A stretch of DNA of 64,000 nt from an uncultured Verrucomicrobiae bacterium (GTDB lineage Bacteria > Verrucomicrobiota > Verrucomicrobiia > Chthoniobacterales > JAFAMB01), in contig CAVXLD010000010.1 of assembly GCA_963762565.1 (NCBI GenBank), positions 1 to 64,000 of the forward strand. The letters run 5' to 3'. The position numbers and the translations under genes were made by a program. Shown one piece after another: positions 41,112-51,592 of this stretch; the first letter of the stretch is position 1, and each line of letters starts with the position of its first letter. The notes beneath the pieces are model-generated. The model saw only the letters and a program-made list of their open reading frames with translations. It did not search any database and had not been told where the DNA came from.

Positions 41112-41879
41112 ATGCCAGCGATAGGAATATTTCGCCGATCGCCTATTCCTAACAAGATTTCTCCCTGCCCTATTGTCGATGCGACTTTCGAAGTGCGTTT
41201 CGATGCATCGGTGCCTGCGGGAGCAGTTTACGGTCTGGTATACAATGCCTTAAAAGGAAAGTTCCCAAACCAAATACAGCTTCAGACAGTCAATCTTCCC
41301 GAGCAAATGCGCCTGTTGAATCCAGCGCTCCTGTACCAGCCGCAGTTTCGACTTGAAGGCGAGGGGCTCGCGGCAATGATTGGACCGAACGTGTTCGCGG
41401 TCGGCATGGTTGGCGAATATCCTGGTTGGCAGGATCTTTCGGTAGCATTCACGGAGACGTTGAAACTTCTCAAGACTTCCGGTGTGGTTAAGACAGCGCA
41501 TCGCTTTGGATTGCATTACGTTAATTTTTTTCGCCACAATATTCTTAATGATCTAACGTTAGCTATTCAGGTCGAGAAAGAGCTTTTATCCGGAGAGTCA
41601 ACGTTTTTCAAAACGGTGCTACCATGCGACGGCTATAAGCTTCAGCTACAGGTGATGACTGACATTAAGATTGCCCTGAGAGCTCCAGTCGCGAACCTTA
41701 AACAAGGTGACCCGGGCAGTATGATTGATATTGACTGCTATCAGGAGTACCCTTCAACTGATACAGACTTTTTAGCGGCAGCCACCAGTTTCATGGAGTC
41801 AGCGCATACTGGTGAGAAGCAAGTTTTCTTCAGCCTTTTGACTGATGATTATTTGAAAAAATTGGATCCAAAGTACTAA
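41112..41879 (+). CDS. TIGR04255-like family protein
   Basis: PIVDATFEVRF, YPGWQD, RFGLHYVNFF, MIDIDC and AH..EKQVFFSLLT match the pattern I recognise for this family. Confidence 0.78.
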   Translation: MPAIGIFRRSPIPNKISPCPIVDATFEVRFDASVPAGAVYGLVYNALKGKFPNQIQLQTVNLPEQMRLLNPALLYQPQFRLEGEGLAAMIGPNVFAVGMVGEYPGWQDLSVAFTETLKLLKTSGVVKTAHRFGLHYVNFFRHNILNDLTLAIQVEKELLSGESTFFKTVLPCDGYKLQLQVMTDIKIALRAPVANLKQGDPGSMIDIDCYQEYPSTDTDFLAAATSFMESAHTGEKQVFFSLLTDDYLKKLDPKY

Positions 41880-41881
41880 AA

Positions 41882-42472
41882 ATGGCCTACTACCCACAAC
41901 AGTTCTTCAATCAGGTCTGCATCGCGGCGGCGGTTCTCGGTTCGAATACTGTGAATCTGGATAGTGCAGACGCAATGTCACGTTCAGTTATTACCGATTG
42001 GTCTCAGATTGAAGTTCATTTAGACAACCAAGAGTTAGCGGATCTTGATTACGTAGTTTCTAAAATGCATGTTTTAGTCGGTGAGCTCTGCAACACATCT
42101 ATCTACGATTATTCTGAGGAGAAGGCTGTCGAAGATCTCGTCAAGAGAGTTTTAGGCGATCGGGCCGCAAATCGTTTTTCAGAACTAAGAAATATAAAAC
42201 AAGGTTGGAGATTCGGCGGAGGCGAAGCTCTATCTCCGGCCTCGGGATCCAATTTCTCCGCGTTACTCCAACGAATACGGTTTACTCCTCCTAATTCTCG
42301 TCTTTTCCTTTTGGAGGATGGCTCACTTGCGGTTCGCTGGAAAAAGTCTGACAACTTAAAAATTACGGTTGTCGCACGGGCCTCGGGGTTCGACCTCGTA
42401 GAGGAATCGCCCGAGAACGAAGTTGAAATCAAGGGCTCAGGCCTAGACGAGCTGATAGGGCGATTGAGTTAG
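41882..42472 (+). CDS. hypothetical protein (second gene of the TIGR04255 cassette)
   Basis: Starts 2 nt after the previous stop; RFSELRNIKQGWRFGGGEALS...LFLLEDGSLAVRW. Confidence 0.65.
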   Translation: MAYYPQQFFNQVCIAAAVLGSNTVNLDSADAMSRSVITDWSQIEVHLDNQELADLDYVVSKMHVLVGELCNTSIYDYSEEKAVEDLVKRVLGDRAANRFSELRNIKQGWRFGGGEALSPASGSNFSALLQRIRFTPPNSRLFLLEDGSLAVRWKKSDNLKITVVARASGFDLVEESPENEVEIKGSGLDELIGRLS

Positions 42473-42492
42473 ATCGTTACCGATCACACTGA

Positions 42493-42933
42493 ATGAGTCG
42501 GAAGATTTGCGCAGATGAGGAAGAATTACTTTACGGAATCACCTCTGCGGATTTCGACGAGGACGAGCTTATAGGCGAGTTTTTTGCAGGCAAAAAGGTT
42601 TCGGTTAATCGATTATGCATATGGGACCTTGCAACTTCGATTACCTGGTTTAGAGCCGTATTAGAAAAGCCTGACCGAGGCGTGCGGTTACGAGGATACG
42701 CCATCTTCCAGCATTTAAAGTTGAAGGAGTCGACCAAAGAATACCTCAAGATAAACAGAGATCTTCGGCGCGCCAATTTTACAATTTGGGTCGAGGAAGA
42801 CCCCATTCTTCCCGAGAACCCAGATCATCTTCCCGAGAACCCGGCTCACGCCGAGGTTATGCCAAAGGTGCCAGAGGGTCTCTCTCGACATCTTTTGAGG
42901 AATAGCTTCTTTGATCTTGCCCTCACTCTTTGA
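42493..42933 (+). CDS. hypothetical protein, possibly an ADP-ribosyltransferase-fold toxin
   Basis: Pattern DEEELLY...F...VSVNR...GYA...EDP...NPAHAEV; the fold assignment is an inference. Confidence 0.5.
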   Translation: MSRKICADEEELLYGITSADFDEDELIGEFFAGKKVSVNRLCIWDLATSITWFRAVLEKPDRGVRLRGYAIFQHLKLKESTKEYLKINRDLRRANFTIWVEEDPILPENPDHLPENPAHAEVMPKVPEGLSRHLLRNSFFDLALTL

Positions 42934-43139
42934 TCGACATCAACCAAGGCAATATCACGCAAGGATTTGTCGGCATTGTGGGTCATGATGCTGGCTAGCC
43001 GCCGCGCTCCTTCTTCAATCCTTCTGAGCAATTCAAAAAGATAGCGGTTCATAACCCTATCTTGAACACGTGTTCAACCTTGGCAAGCCTAATTTGATTG
43101 GCGCTTCAGAAAGTCTCTGATCTTAGCCACGGTCTCAGC

Positions 43140-43595
43140 CTAGTGTGGTAAGCGGCCAACAATTTTATCGATACCCGATTGCGCGCATATCTCGTCTTTA
43201 TCGCCCCCGGGTGCCCCTCCCACTCCAAGCGCCGCCACGATTTGCCCGTTGACCTTGAATGCGACCGCACCGGGCAGCGCCATCACATTCGGCAGTCTTG
43301 CCAACTCGGGCGCAAAGGGACTGGTCTTGACCAGCTCGAAGAAGGCGCTCGATGTGTCGAATTGAAAAATCGGCCCCAAAGTGACAACGGTATATGCCTT
43401 TTGAAAGCTTGATGTCCCCGTGTGGATGGTTGCACCGTCGCCTCGAAGCACGACCTGAGGGACGCCTGACAAGTTCACGACCGTCGCGGTAACCTGGTAA
43501 TGATGGATAACGCCGACTCTAACTGCTTCGCTTGCGGCCTCGACCGCCAGCTCCAGGGGTAGATTATAACTGTAAGTTCCTTCTGTCGTTGGCAT
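43140..43595 (-). CDS. GlcG/HbpS-family heme-binding protein
   Basis: VTATVVNLSG..VVLRGDGA...QKAYT...LPGAV...GVGGAPGGDKDEICA. Confidence 0.85.
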   Translation of the reverse strand: MPTTEGTYSYNLPLELAVEAASEAVRVGVIHHYQVTATVVNLSGVPQVVLRGDGATIHTGTSSFQKAYTVVTLGPIFQFDTSSAFFELVKTSPFAPELARLPNVMALPGAVAFKVNGQIVAALGVGGAPGGDKDEICAQSGIDKIVGRLPH

Positions 43596-43808
43596 GCTGG
43601 ATTTCCTTCTGAGTCACATGGACTACAATCTAATCGTCCATTCAACCGGAGAGGGCAAGACCCGTCTGATCGCGTTCGGGCGACGTGTGGTCCGGCAGGT
43701 TCGATTCCCGCCCCCCTTAAATCGGCTCCAGTAGCAGTGTTTCCCGGACAGCCTGAATCCCTGCCAATTTCGTCCTCCTTGGGAAGGCGGTATGCCTTAG
43801 AGATTCGA

Positions 43809-44129
43809 TCACGGCCCGTGAATGGTGCGGTCGCGGAGTTCAAGTTTCTCTTCTTGGTGGGTGCGTTGAAGAGAGCGCACAATTTCGAGAATCTCCTTCC
43901 GGCCAACCGTGCGCCCCATCATCCAAGCGCGAAGCGCATCGGTCGTAGTCTCTAGTTCTGCGGCCAACGCCGTTTTGGTCATTCCATAGCGCAACCGGAC
44001 CGCTTCGACCTTCTTAATTAGGCGACGGAATTTTCCCCGTTCCGCATTTCTGCGCCCCGGTGCCCGCCACATCAGTGAGTGCCGGTTGGCCATCAATACC
44101 ACTTTGCCCGAAGGTGGATTCACAAGCAA
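43809..44129 (-). CDS. small XRE-like HTH protein (uncertain start)
   Basis: RLRYGMTKTALAAELETTTDALRAWM. Confidence 0.5.
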   Translation of the reverse strand: MLVNPPSGKVVLMANRHSLMWRAPGRRNAERGKFRRLIKKVEAVRLRYGMTKTALAAELETTTDALRAWMMGRTVGRKEILEIVRSLQRTHQEEKLELRDRTIHGP

Positions 44130-44267
44130 TGGCCGCGAAGCTGAGCTTGTAGTTGGCCCGTGTCAGTTGCAGAATAGTTTTCGCAAAATTTGAGCAGCAT
44201 GACGAGGCAACCGCAATCAGCAAGCTGGCAACAGTGGTAGAACCGTGCTGGGGCGCACCTTTCTCTC

Positions 44268-45218
44268 ATGGAACAGTGGATCACAGCGCTCGAAAAGTGG
44301 GCAGCCGCCCATGAACCACTTATCACATTAACCGGAGTGACTTTTGCCATCGTTGTCGCTCTAATACCGGGCGTTCGAAAGGCGATTCACGCTGCTGAGA
44401 AGTGGCTTTGGCAGCGCATGCCATGGAACCAAAGCAATGCCCCGCCGCCCTGACCTGCGATTTGTCGCGATTCCGCACAGAAGCGGCCTTTGTCAAAATG
44501 CAAGGCCCTGTCGCTGGTGTGAATGCGCAGATCCTACACGGTGTGGCACGTAACGAATGCGTCTACAGCCGGGTTGCCTGTCAAGCTTTTGAGGGCACGC
44601 CTTACCGAACCTCATTTACCTGATCTAGGAGTGCCGGAGATGATTTACGTAGAGAGAGGCTCCGGAGTTCTTGGACACGACCAAGATGCATTAAGGCCCG
44701 GAGAGACCAGATGCGTGGACATCAGGATATCCGGCGTCTTTACCGGCCCCACCCCGAGCAAACCGATAATCGTGCAAATAACTGTTACCGATCAGCTGGG
44801 CAACGAATATCGGCTACCCAAGTCACCGCTTCGCGTCGTGGTCCCTGAGCCGCAAAAAGCCGTCCAGCCGATCCCGGATAAGCCTCCTTCCACTACAAAG
44901 GTCTTTGCAGTCAGGGTGACTCTCCCTTCTGATGTTTGGGAAGTGATCGTCGAATTCTCTGGTGACTTGGCGAAAAACAATTCTGAGGACAGGCTCGGAG
45001 AGCAAGCTAGCTATGCTGCAATTGATGCACTCAACCGAAGATGGGAGAAGCTGAATCCAAATGGCCCCGAACTTACGAACTTCACCTATCCGAATCTCGC
45101 TCGTGACGTTAGCACCAAAGATCTCACTGGTCGCGATGTAAGCAGCCTCACGTCGGGAGCTGTCCACTATCAACTGACGGTAGATCTTCGAGTTTGGATC
45201 ATCAACGGGCCTACTTAG
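44268..45218 (+). CDS. membrane-anchored hypothetical protein (probably one frameshifted gene)
   Basis: The TM-bearing ORF 44268-44453 is continued by ORF 44523-45218 on the same strand. Confidence 0.45.
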
Positions 45219-45469
45219 TGCGCGGACCACAGCAGATGGGGCCATTGTAGTACACTTCCCGCTTTTTGGAATTCCTTGCTTTTACGGATTCCACTTTGCT
45301 AGTCTTCGCTTGCAGTGAAGCTCCTCGCGATACTTGTCATCGCTTTTCTTTTGCCTGCGCCCCTGATTCGGGCTCACGACTTCCCAACCTCTACCGGCTA
45401 CCTACTAGCTCAGTCTGAAGAACGCCAAGTCTGGGTTAAGAAAGGGATCTAACTGGAATCGCTGTTTCT

Positions 45470-45748
45470 ATGGGCTGCTTAATACTTCTTTTGGTTGTAG
45501 TTGGATTGTTTACGTTACCCTTTGGGCTTATCTTCTGGGCTCTAGCGGCCATGATCTGCATCATGCGAGGAAACAGTCAGCAACAAAGCCGAGCGGCGAG
45601 CGTAGCGATGCAGGAAATGGAACTGTTACGCGAACAGCAATTTCAACTCACGGCTACGCCCGAGCAGAGACTTGCACGCGATAAACTCCGGGAAGAACAA
45701 CGAGCCGAGAAGGCGAAAGCTCAGCCAACCAGCTTAAAATGTGGTTAG
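45470..45748 (+). CDS. small membrane hypothetical protein
   Basis: Hydrophobic N-terminus and charged tail. Confidence 0.5.
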   Translation: MGCLILLLVVVGLFTLPFGLIFWALAAMICIMRGNSQQQSRAASVAMQEMELLREQQFQLTATPEQRLARDKLREEQRAEKAKAQPTSLKCG

Positions 45749-46356
45749 TTCTGGGAGCCATCGGCATTGTTGTCCTTTTCTTCTATGGAGTAGGACATAA
45801 AGATTCCGCTCCGACGCCTCCCCCGGCAACCGCAAGCCTTACTCCGACCGAAAGCCCAACGGCCACGCCGGAGACGGTGGCGGAAGCGTCGCCAACTCCC
45901 TTAGCACAGAGCACACCAACACCCGAGACCGTGGTTATGCGTGCTGAGCCCGTTGCTACCCCGACAGCTGAGCCATATGCTTTTATTGCCAAGATTCAGA
46001 CTGCGTTTGATAACCACGATTGGAGAACGATAACGGATACTACGGCAGATGGAAAGGTCAACTACTTCGGTCACCGTCATGCCTCTAACGCCTATATAAT
46101 CCGAGACATGCAAAATGACGCCGTGATTTACTCATCGGCAAAAAGCACGTATTACCCCGAGACCTTCACTCACGACCTGTCCGACCCTTCCATGATCTAT
46201 GATTCCATTAACGTGTACTCCGAGGCGCAAGAACAGCATGGCCGGTTACACAAAGCGCTCGTCCGTCTTACGGTGGGCTACAGAATCGAAAACGGAGTCC
46301 CTGTTGTCTACGCCATAGTCGAGAAGGTGCTGTCAAAAGCCAAACCGGCCACATAG
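45739..46356 (+). CDS. exported protein with a Pro/Thr-rich linker and an NTF2/SnoaL-like C-terminus
   Basis: Signal/TM segment, TP-rich linker, and AFDNHDWRTI...VNYFG. Confidence 0.55.
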   Translation: MWLVLGAIGIVVLFFYGVGHKDSAPTPPPATASLTPTESPTATPETVAEASPTPLAQSTPTPETVVMRAEPVATPTAEPYAFIAKIQTAFDNHDWRTITDTTADGKVNYFGHRHASNAYIIRDMQNDAVIYSSAKSTYYPETFTHDLSDPSMIYDSINVYSEAQEQHGRLHKALVRLTVGYRIENGVPVVYAIVEKVLSKAKPAT

Positions 46357-46692
46357 GAATCAAACGGCCTAACGCTCCCTCTGGTTATACCAGACCTTCG
46401 CGCCGCAACTGGCTACTAGGTTGGGCGTTGAGTATTGAGACAGATCGGCTTCTTCTTCGACCGTTTGCCAGTCACCAGACTTAAAACCAGGAATCTTGGT
46501 ACGCAGAAGCTCGCTAGGGAGTATGCACCAGCGCCTGTGAGCCCGCCAAATTTTCCGAACAACAACTATGACAAAACCAAAGTTATTGCACGGCGAATTT
46601 TCCCAGCATTTTTCCCAGATAGATTTGCAATTAAGAGAACGCACGTCTCTTAAAGTTTCCCCGGTGCAGAAGTGATTGGCGCGTTCTCTTTT

Positions 46693-47025
46693 TTAGCGGG
46701 TGTTTATCAAGATCCGAACCTCTTCGGTCACGTATTGCTGAGCCTTGGTAAGCACTTTGCGCTCCTTCTCGTTGCTGGCCAATCCAGGCAACTCCGAGGC
46801 TATTTCTAACACCTGCAATAGTTCATCGTCTCGCCCGTCCGATGCCTCAGATTCGCCATAATCATAATTCGTAGGCTTCGGTCCAGTCTTGTTGACTTGG
46901 AACAGCTTGTTATCCGATCGCCATTGCTTAGCGCCTGGTAGATCCACAGGCATCCCCCGAGCTACATCCTTTGAGATTTGGGGTCGTGACAGGTTTAGAG
47001 CCTGAGCCAATTGCTTATGGGTCAT
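46693..47025 (-). CDS. Nu1/small-terminase-like winged-HTH protein
   Basis: MTHKQLAQALNLSRPQISKDVARGMPVD..GAKQWR resembles the gpNu1 N-terminal wHTH (xGMP...W). Confidence 0.55.
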   Translation of the reverse strand: MTHKQLAQALNLSRPQISKDVARGMPVDLPGAKQWRSDNKLFQVNKTGPKPTNYDYGESEASDGRDDELLQVLEIASELPGLASNEKERKVLTKAQQYVTEEVRILINTR

Positions 47026-47449
47026 GTGGACAACTATGCGAATGCACCAAAGCGTGATGTCGGCGGTCGAATCAAAACCAGCCAGTAATGGTCGGATTAA
47101 AACCAGCCACTTTTTCTGTTTAAATCGATAGAGGACGTTTTTGCAAGCGGTGATTATAGAGCGGCCGGGCGGGTTTGTGATAAAACGCAGATTTCAACGC
47201 CTTTTCAAAACGTATCATTTATTGGAAGCCCGATTTGTTTTAGATTTTGGGAGCGAGGAACGAGCGAACAAGAATCAAACGCAAAAGACAGTGACCTCTT
47301 AGCGCGGAGCGGAAGCGAGCTCAAGGTCAAAACGGAATAAATGGGGGCAGCCCGTAGGGGGGACCTGTTTATGCCGGATTTGAGCTTGAACTCGATGGAG
47401 CAGAGCGCAACGGGGTTGCGGTTGTTAGCGAGAGAGAGCTGTAGGGCGC

Positions 47450-48202
47450 TTAATGACTGGATTTGGAGGGTTTAGCGAGCGGCTGGAGTCTGTAGCTTCG
47501 GCCGTTGATAGGGATGATCTCGGCGTGATGGAGCAAGCGGTCGAGGATGGCGCTGGCGGCAGGCACATCGCTGAGCAACTTGCCCCATTCTTCGATGGGT
47601 CGGTTGGAGGTCATCATGGTGGAACGGTTTTCGTAGCGGCGCATGATGATCTCCAAGAGGATTTCGCCGCTTTTTGGCGGAAGGATTTTGAGCCCCATGT
47701 CATCAATGATCAGCAGATCGGGCTTAAGGTATTTATTGAGCAGACGAGCCTCACCGGCTAAGGGTCTCCTGAGTCAGTAATTCGCGCACTAGATCGAAGA
47801 TCGAGCGGTAAAGGACCACAAAGCCGGCTTTGAGTGCTTCCAGGCCGATGGCTTGAACAAATGACTTTTGCCGACCCCTGGCGGGCCGACAAAGAGCACG
47901 TCTCGGTGCTGACGTACGAAGTGACAGGTGGCCAGTTCATAGATTTGGGCGCGATTGATGCTGGGATTAAAGCTGAAGTCGAAGTTATCGAGCGAGCGCG
48001 GTTCCCGGAAGTCGGCTGATTTGCGCCGACGGGCTAAAAGGCGTTGGTGGCGGACATTGATTTCGTCTTGGAAGAGTAGTTCGAGGAACTGTGCATAGGG
48101 CAGGCGGTTGGCTTCGGCTTCCTGCAACCGCAATTCCAGGCTCTCAAGCAGTCCGGAAAGACGCAGATTCTGAACATGTTGTTTGAGAGTGTTGGTCATC
48201 AT
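47450..48202 (-). CDS. istB: IS21 helper ATPase IstB (frameshifted)
   Basis: LDNFDFSFNP, GPPGVGKSHL, TSNRPIEEW and AILDRLLHHA..I.INGRSYR. Confidence 0.92.
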
Positions 48203-49768
48203 TTTGGTGTTGGTGGTAGTAGTGGTTAATGAAGTCGGAGTAGGTTTTTAGATCGCGGATCAGAGGATGGCTCTCGGCAAAGCCGAAGGCGGTCTGTTCG
48301 GGTTGTTCGCCGATCAGCCGGCGAACGTCTTTGAGCCGGTAAGTGCCGCTCTTGAGTGCCTTGGCGCAGGCGGTATTCAAGGCCGCTGCGGAGTGCTTCT
48401 TAATCAGGTCGCACAGACCCATAATCGAGCGCAGCGACTCTGGACCGCGTGCGTCGAGGCACTCTGAGCCCATTGGCCGCATTGCTCGCCCAGAACCGCC
48501 GCTCGGTTGACCCAATAACGGCACGAGGACAGCACCGGAGCGCTGAAGCCGCCGGCTCCCAAGCAGTGGCTGAACTTGCCGGCTGCGATGCGGGTATGCA
48601 TCCCAACCTGTTCCATGCGCTCGTTGAAGATCCGCACGCAGCGGCTATCCCAGCGGACCCAGACTTGGCGGCCGATCAGTTCCGGTGGCGCTTCGTAAAA
48701 GGCTTTTTCGACTTCCACGTAACTGTCCCGATGGACGCTGCGCCGTGCTTCCTGGAAGCAGGGAAAAAGCGATTCCGGCAGTGGTTGCAGGTGCGGGCGT
48801 TCTTCTTCAAAACAGGCGGCGACTTGTTTGCGCGTCGTGCCATGGATGCGCTTGTCGGCGACGCTGCCTTCCCAATGTTTTAAAAAGAGGTTTTCTTCGG
48901 CTAGAGTTCGAAGCGCCGGCCCTTGAGCGCATTGGTGCGAACGTAAGCGACTCCCCGCTCTACTTTACCTTTGTGTTCGGGCGTCCCGGGGCGACACGGC
49001 ACCACATGCATGCTGTAGTGCCGGCAGAAGTCGGCCAGCTTTGGATTGATCTCCGGATCAAACCAGTCGGCCTTCAGCACCGCCGCCTTCATGTTGTCGA
49101 GGTTCAACAAGAGCGGGGTCCCGCCAAAGCTGCGGAAGCCGTTTTCCAGACAGCGAAGGAACGTCTCGGTGTCCTGCCGGCTGACCGCCTCGCTGTAGCC
49201 TTTGCGCGAATAACTCAAGACCATGCGCAAGACCCAACTGCGCCGCCTTTTGCCTTGGCCCGCATCGATCGGTGCTCCCAAGACCAAAATCCAGCTGCAG
49301 TTCTTCCCCCGGCTGACATTCCAGGCGCCAGACCCGCTCGGGCTGCCTCGATCGCAGCTTGCGCACAAAGCGTTTTACCGATTGATAGGAATCGGTGAAG
49401 CCGTTTTCCTCAACCAAATCCTGGTAAATGCGTTGCGCGCTTAAACCCACTTCGACCTTGGCCATGATGACTTCGGCCAGGGGTTCGCACTGACTCTTTC
49501 GCCCACCGCCTTTGCCGGCGGTCGAAATGGCTGGTTTTGCTTCGCTACTTCCTTCAAAGCCGGCGGTCGAAATGGCTGGTTTTGCTTCCCTAGCTCCTTC
49601 CGAGCCGGGGGTCGAAATGGCTGGTTTTGCGTTTTCAGCTAAGCGCAAATACCGCCCGACGGTCTCGCGATTGATCCCAAGCTCGCGTGCGATCCGCCGC
49701 TGGGACCAGCCTCTTTCGGCTAAACTGTGAATCGTCGTTTGCACGCTCACTTTGAGGACGTTCGACAT
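48144..49768 (-). CDS. istA: IS21 transposase IstA (frameshifted)
   Basis: N-terminal HTH (WSQRRIARELGINRETV), PGEELQLDFG, LSYSRK, DNMKAAV and EHKGKVERGV. Confidence 0.9.
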
Positions 49769-50465
49769 GCCCCATTGGTCCCGCAGATCCGGGCCGTCCA
49801 GGAGCTGTTTTCAGTCCCAAAAAGTGGCTGGTTTTGAACCCCTTAATTTCGACCTTTAGTGGCTGGTTTTGAGTGACCGCTGACAGTGAACCTTGGTTTT
49901 CAGGAGGAGAACACGCTATTTGGTACGGTTTGGTACCAGATTCATTGAATCGTCAAGAACTTTGCCCACGTAGAAGAGGCTCCGGCTTTCGCCCCCGCAT
50001 GGGGTGGTGACCGTGTCCAGAAGACTCCCTGACGGGAGGTTGGTGTATGGTTTTTTTAATTTGAACCGTCGCCGAGCCGCTCCAGTACTTGATCCACACA
50101 CGTTTTGCATACCTTATAAACTACACTTTCGCATTGTTAGGCGCTGCGTTAGTTACACTAACAACCTCGGGGATTCTGGTTCTTACTGATCCAGTTTTTG
50201 CCAGATCTGACTACTCCTGATTTGGGTGTGTAGTGTGGGAGCAATCACCAACAAAAGAACGACCATGGTATTTGCCCTCTAGTTCCGTATCTAGTTCAAG
50301 CCTTGAGCCGCTTTCGCTTTCCAGAACGCCTCGACAAATGCCTTGTCATTTTCTTGAGCCAATCTTTCAATGCCCGTAACGTAGTCACGCCATTCTTCTT
50401 CATCCGCTGCGTAGAGCATGTCACTAAGTGGTTTGGCAAATACTGTCGATTCTTCACACACAAAC

Positions 50466-51086
50466 TCAACCAGGACCCCGTCTAGTTCCGCGTTTCTTGG
50501 AAAAAAACTTGTCCACTAGATCCTTGATCTCATCTTCCGAGCCTTTATAATCGTCGTCGTCGTCCTCGGAATCCATATCGATATCTACATCTCGGTCACT
50601 GTCGTTATCGTTATCGTCGCTATCATCCGAGCCGTTGTCGTCGTCTTTATCCGCGTCGTAACCGGGCGAGTCTTCGTCGTCCACATCAATTCGGAATCGC
50701 TTTGTCCCACATGACACAAGCCGACCTTCCTTTAAATCTTGTTCTGCCGTTGGTTGCTTTTTCTTAACCTTTTTCTCTGGATCTTTCCCCACTAAATCCT
50801 TGCTAGGATTCGCGCTCTTGCCCTGCCTGCCCGGTTGGGTCACATGAGCGGTTCCAGGGTTGACCTCGTTGATAAGCTCTTCGTCTGCACCCTCTTCTTC
50901 TTGATCTTCGATTTCTCCTCTTAGATCGTCAATATCTATCTCGCCCGTGTGTTCGTCACTATCATCTGATAAATCATTTTCTGGATCTTCCACATTCTTG
51001 TCAGGATTACTATCTGGGTCCCAGTCCCGAGCATTCGGCAAATCATTTATGTGAATGACAGGGTAGTGGAGCACATAGGAATTCAT
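50466..51086 (-). CDS. highly acidic low-complexity hypothetical protein
   Basis: 206 aa, very rich in D/E. Confidence 0.6.
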   Translation of the reverse strand: MNSYVLHYPVIHINDLPNARDWDPDSNPDKNVEDPENDLSDDSDEHTGEIDIDDLRGEIEDQEEEGADEELINEVNPGTAHVTQPGRQGKSANPSKDLVGKDPEKKVKKKQPTAEQDLKEGRLVSCGTKRFRIDVDDEDSPGYDADKDDDNGSDDSDDNDNDSDRDVDIDMDSEDDDDDYKGSEDEIKDLVDKFFSKKRGTRRGPG

Positions 51087-51378
51087 TCAATAGACTAACG
51101 GCTTATTTAACGTCATCACATACTGTGATGCCACTCCCCGCTTTGCTTGTTGCTGGGCAGCAAGTTCATCTTGGCATCGAATACAATAAGGCATTTTCAA
51201 ATTTGGATTGTCAGGCGAAGGATTGAAATAAAAAAAGCTGTAATTCCCGAGAACATCTTCCACAAATCTTTGTGTGCGGTTCCCGCAAATTAGGACCAGC
51301 GCTAGACTTTCTCGGATCGGTGAGGTGGCGAATGTTTGCGGCGCGTTTATCTTGCAAAAAATCAGTTCTCGTCTTCAT
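51087..51378 (-). CDS. small CxxC...CxxC zinc-finger protein (frameshift at a homopolymer)
   Basis: Manual reading gives KICGRCSREL..., then after the A-run near 51230 NPSPDNPNLKMPYCIRCQDE. Confidence 0.45.
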
Positions 51379-51385
51379 GTTTTAT

Positions 51386-51592
51386 TTAGTCCATTTCATC
51401 TCGGAGTTCTATCAACCGTTTTTGGGTGTCGAGTAGAATCAATCGTAATTCGTCGCACCTTTGTCGAAACTGTTTCGCTGTGTTGGCTATCTCGACTCCG
51501 ATCTGCTCGGAATAATTTCGCCAAGCTTCTTTGGTTAATTCTATTTCGTCAGGTGATCTAAGTTCAGTTTGCCAGTATGCTTTCAAGGACAT
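51386..51592 (-). CDS. hypothetical protein
   Basis: Overlaps the stop of the upstream ORF and is part of the same minus-strand run. Confidence 0.5.
   Translation of the reverse strand: MSLKAYWQTELRSPDEIELTKEAWRNYSEQIGVEIANTAKQFRQRCDELRLILLDTQKRLIELRDEMD

Larger units (their letters stand above)
47058..49885 (-). mobile_element. IS21-family insertion sequence
   Basis: Ends TGTCGGCGGTC.../...GACCGCTGACA, multiple terminal CAAAACCAGCCA repeats, and a 4-bp target duplication GTGA (47054-47057, 49886-49889). Confidence 0.95.

Noticed and set aside
43690..43720. tRNA T-loop-like GGTTCGATTCCCGCC
   Set aside because: No acceptor, D or anticodon arms can be folded; at most a remnant.
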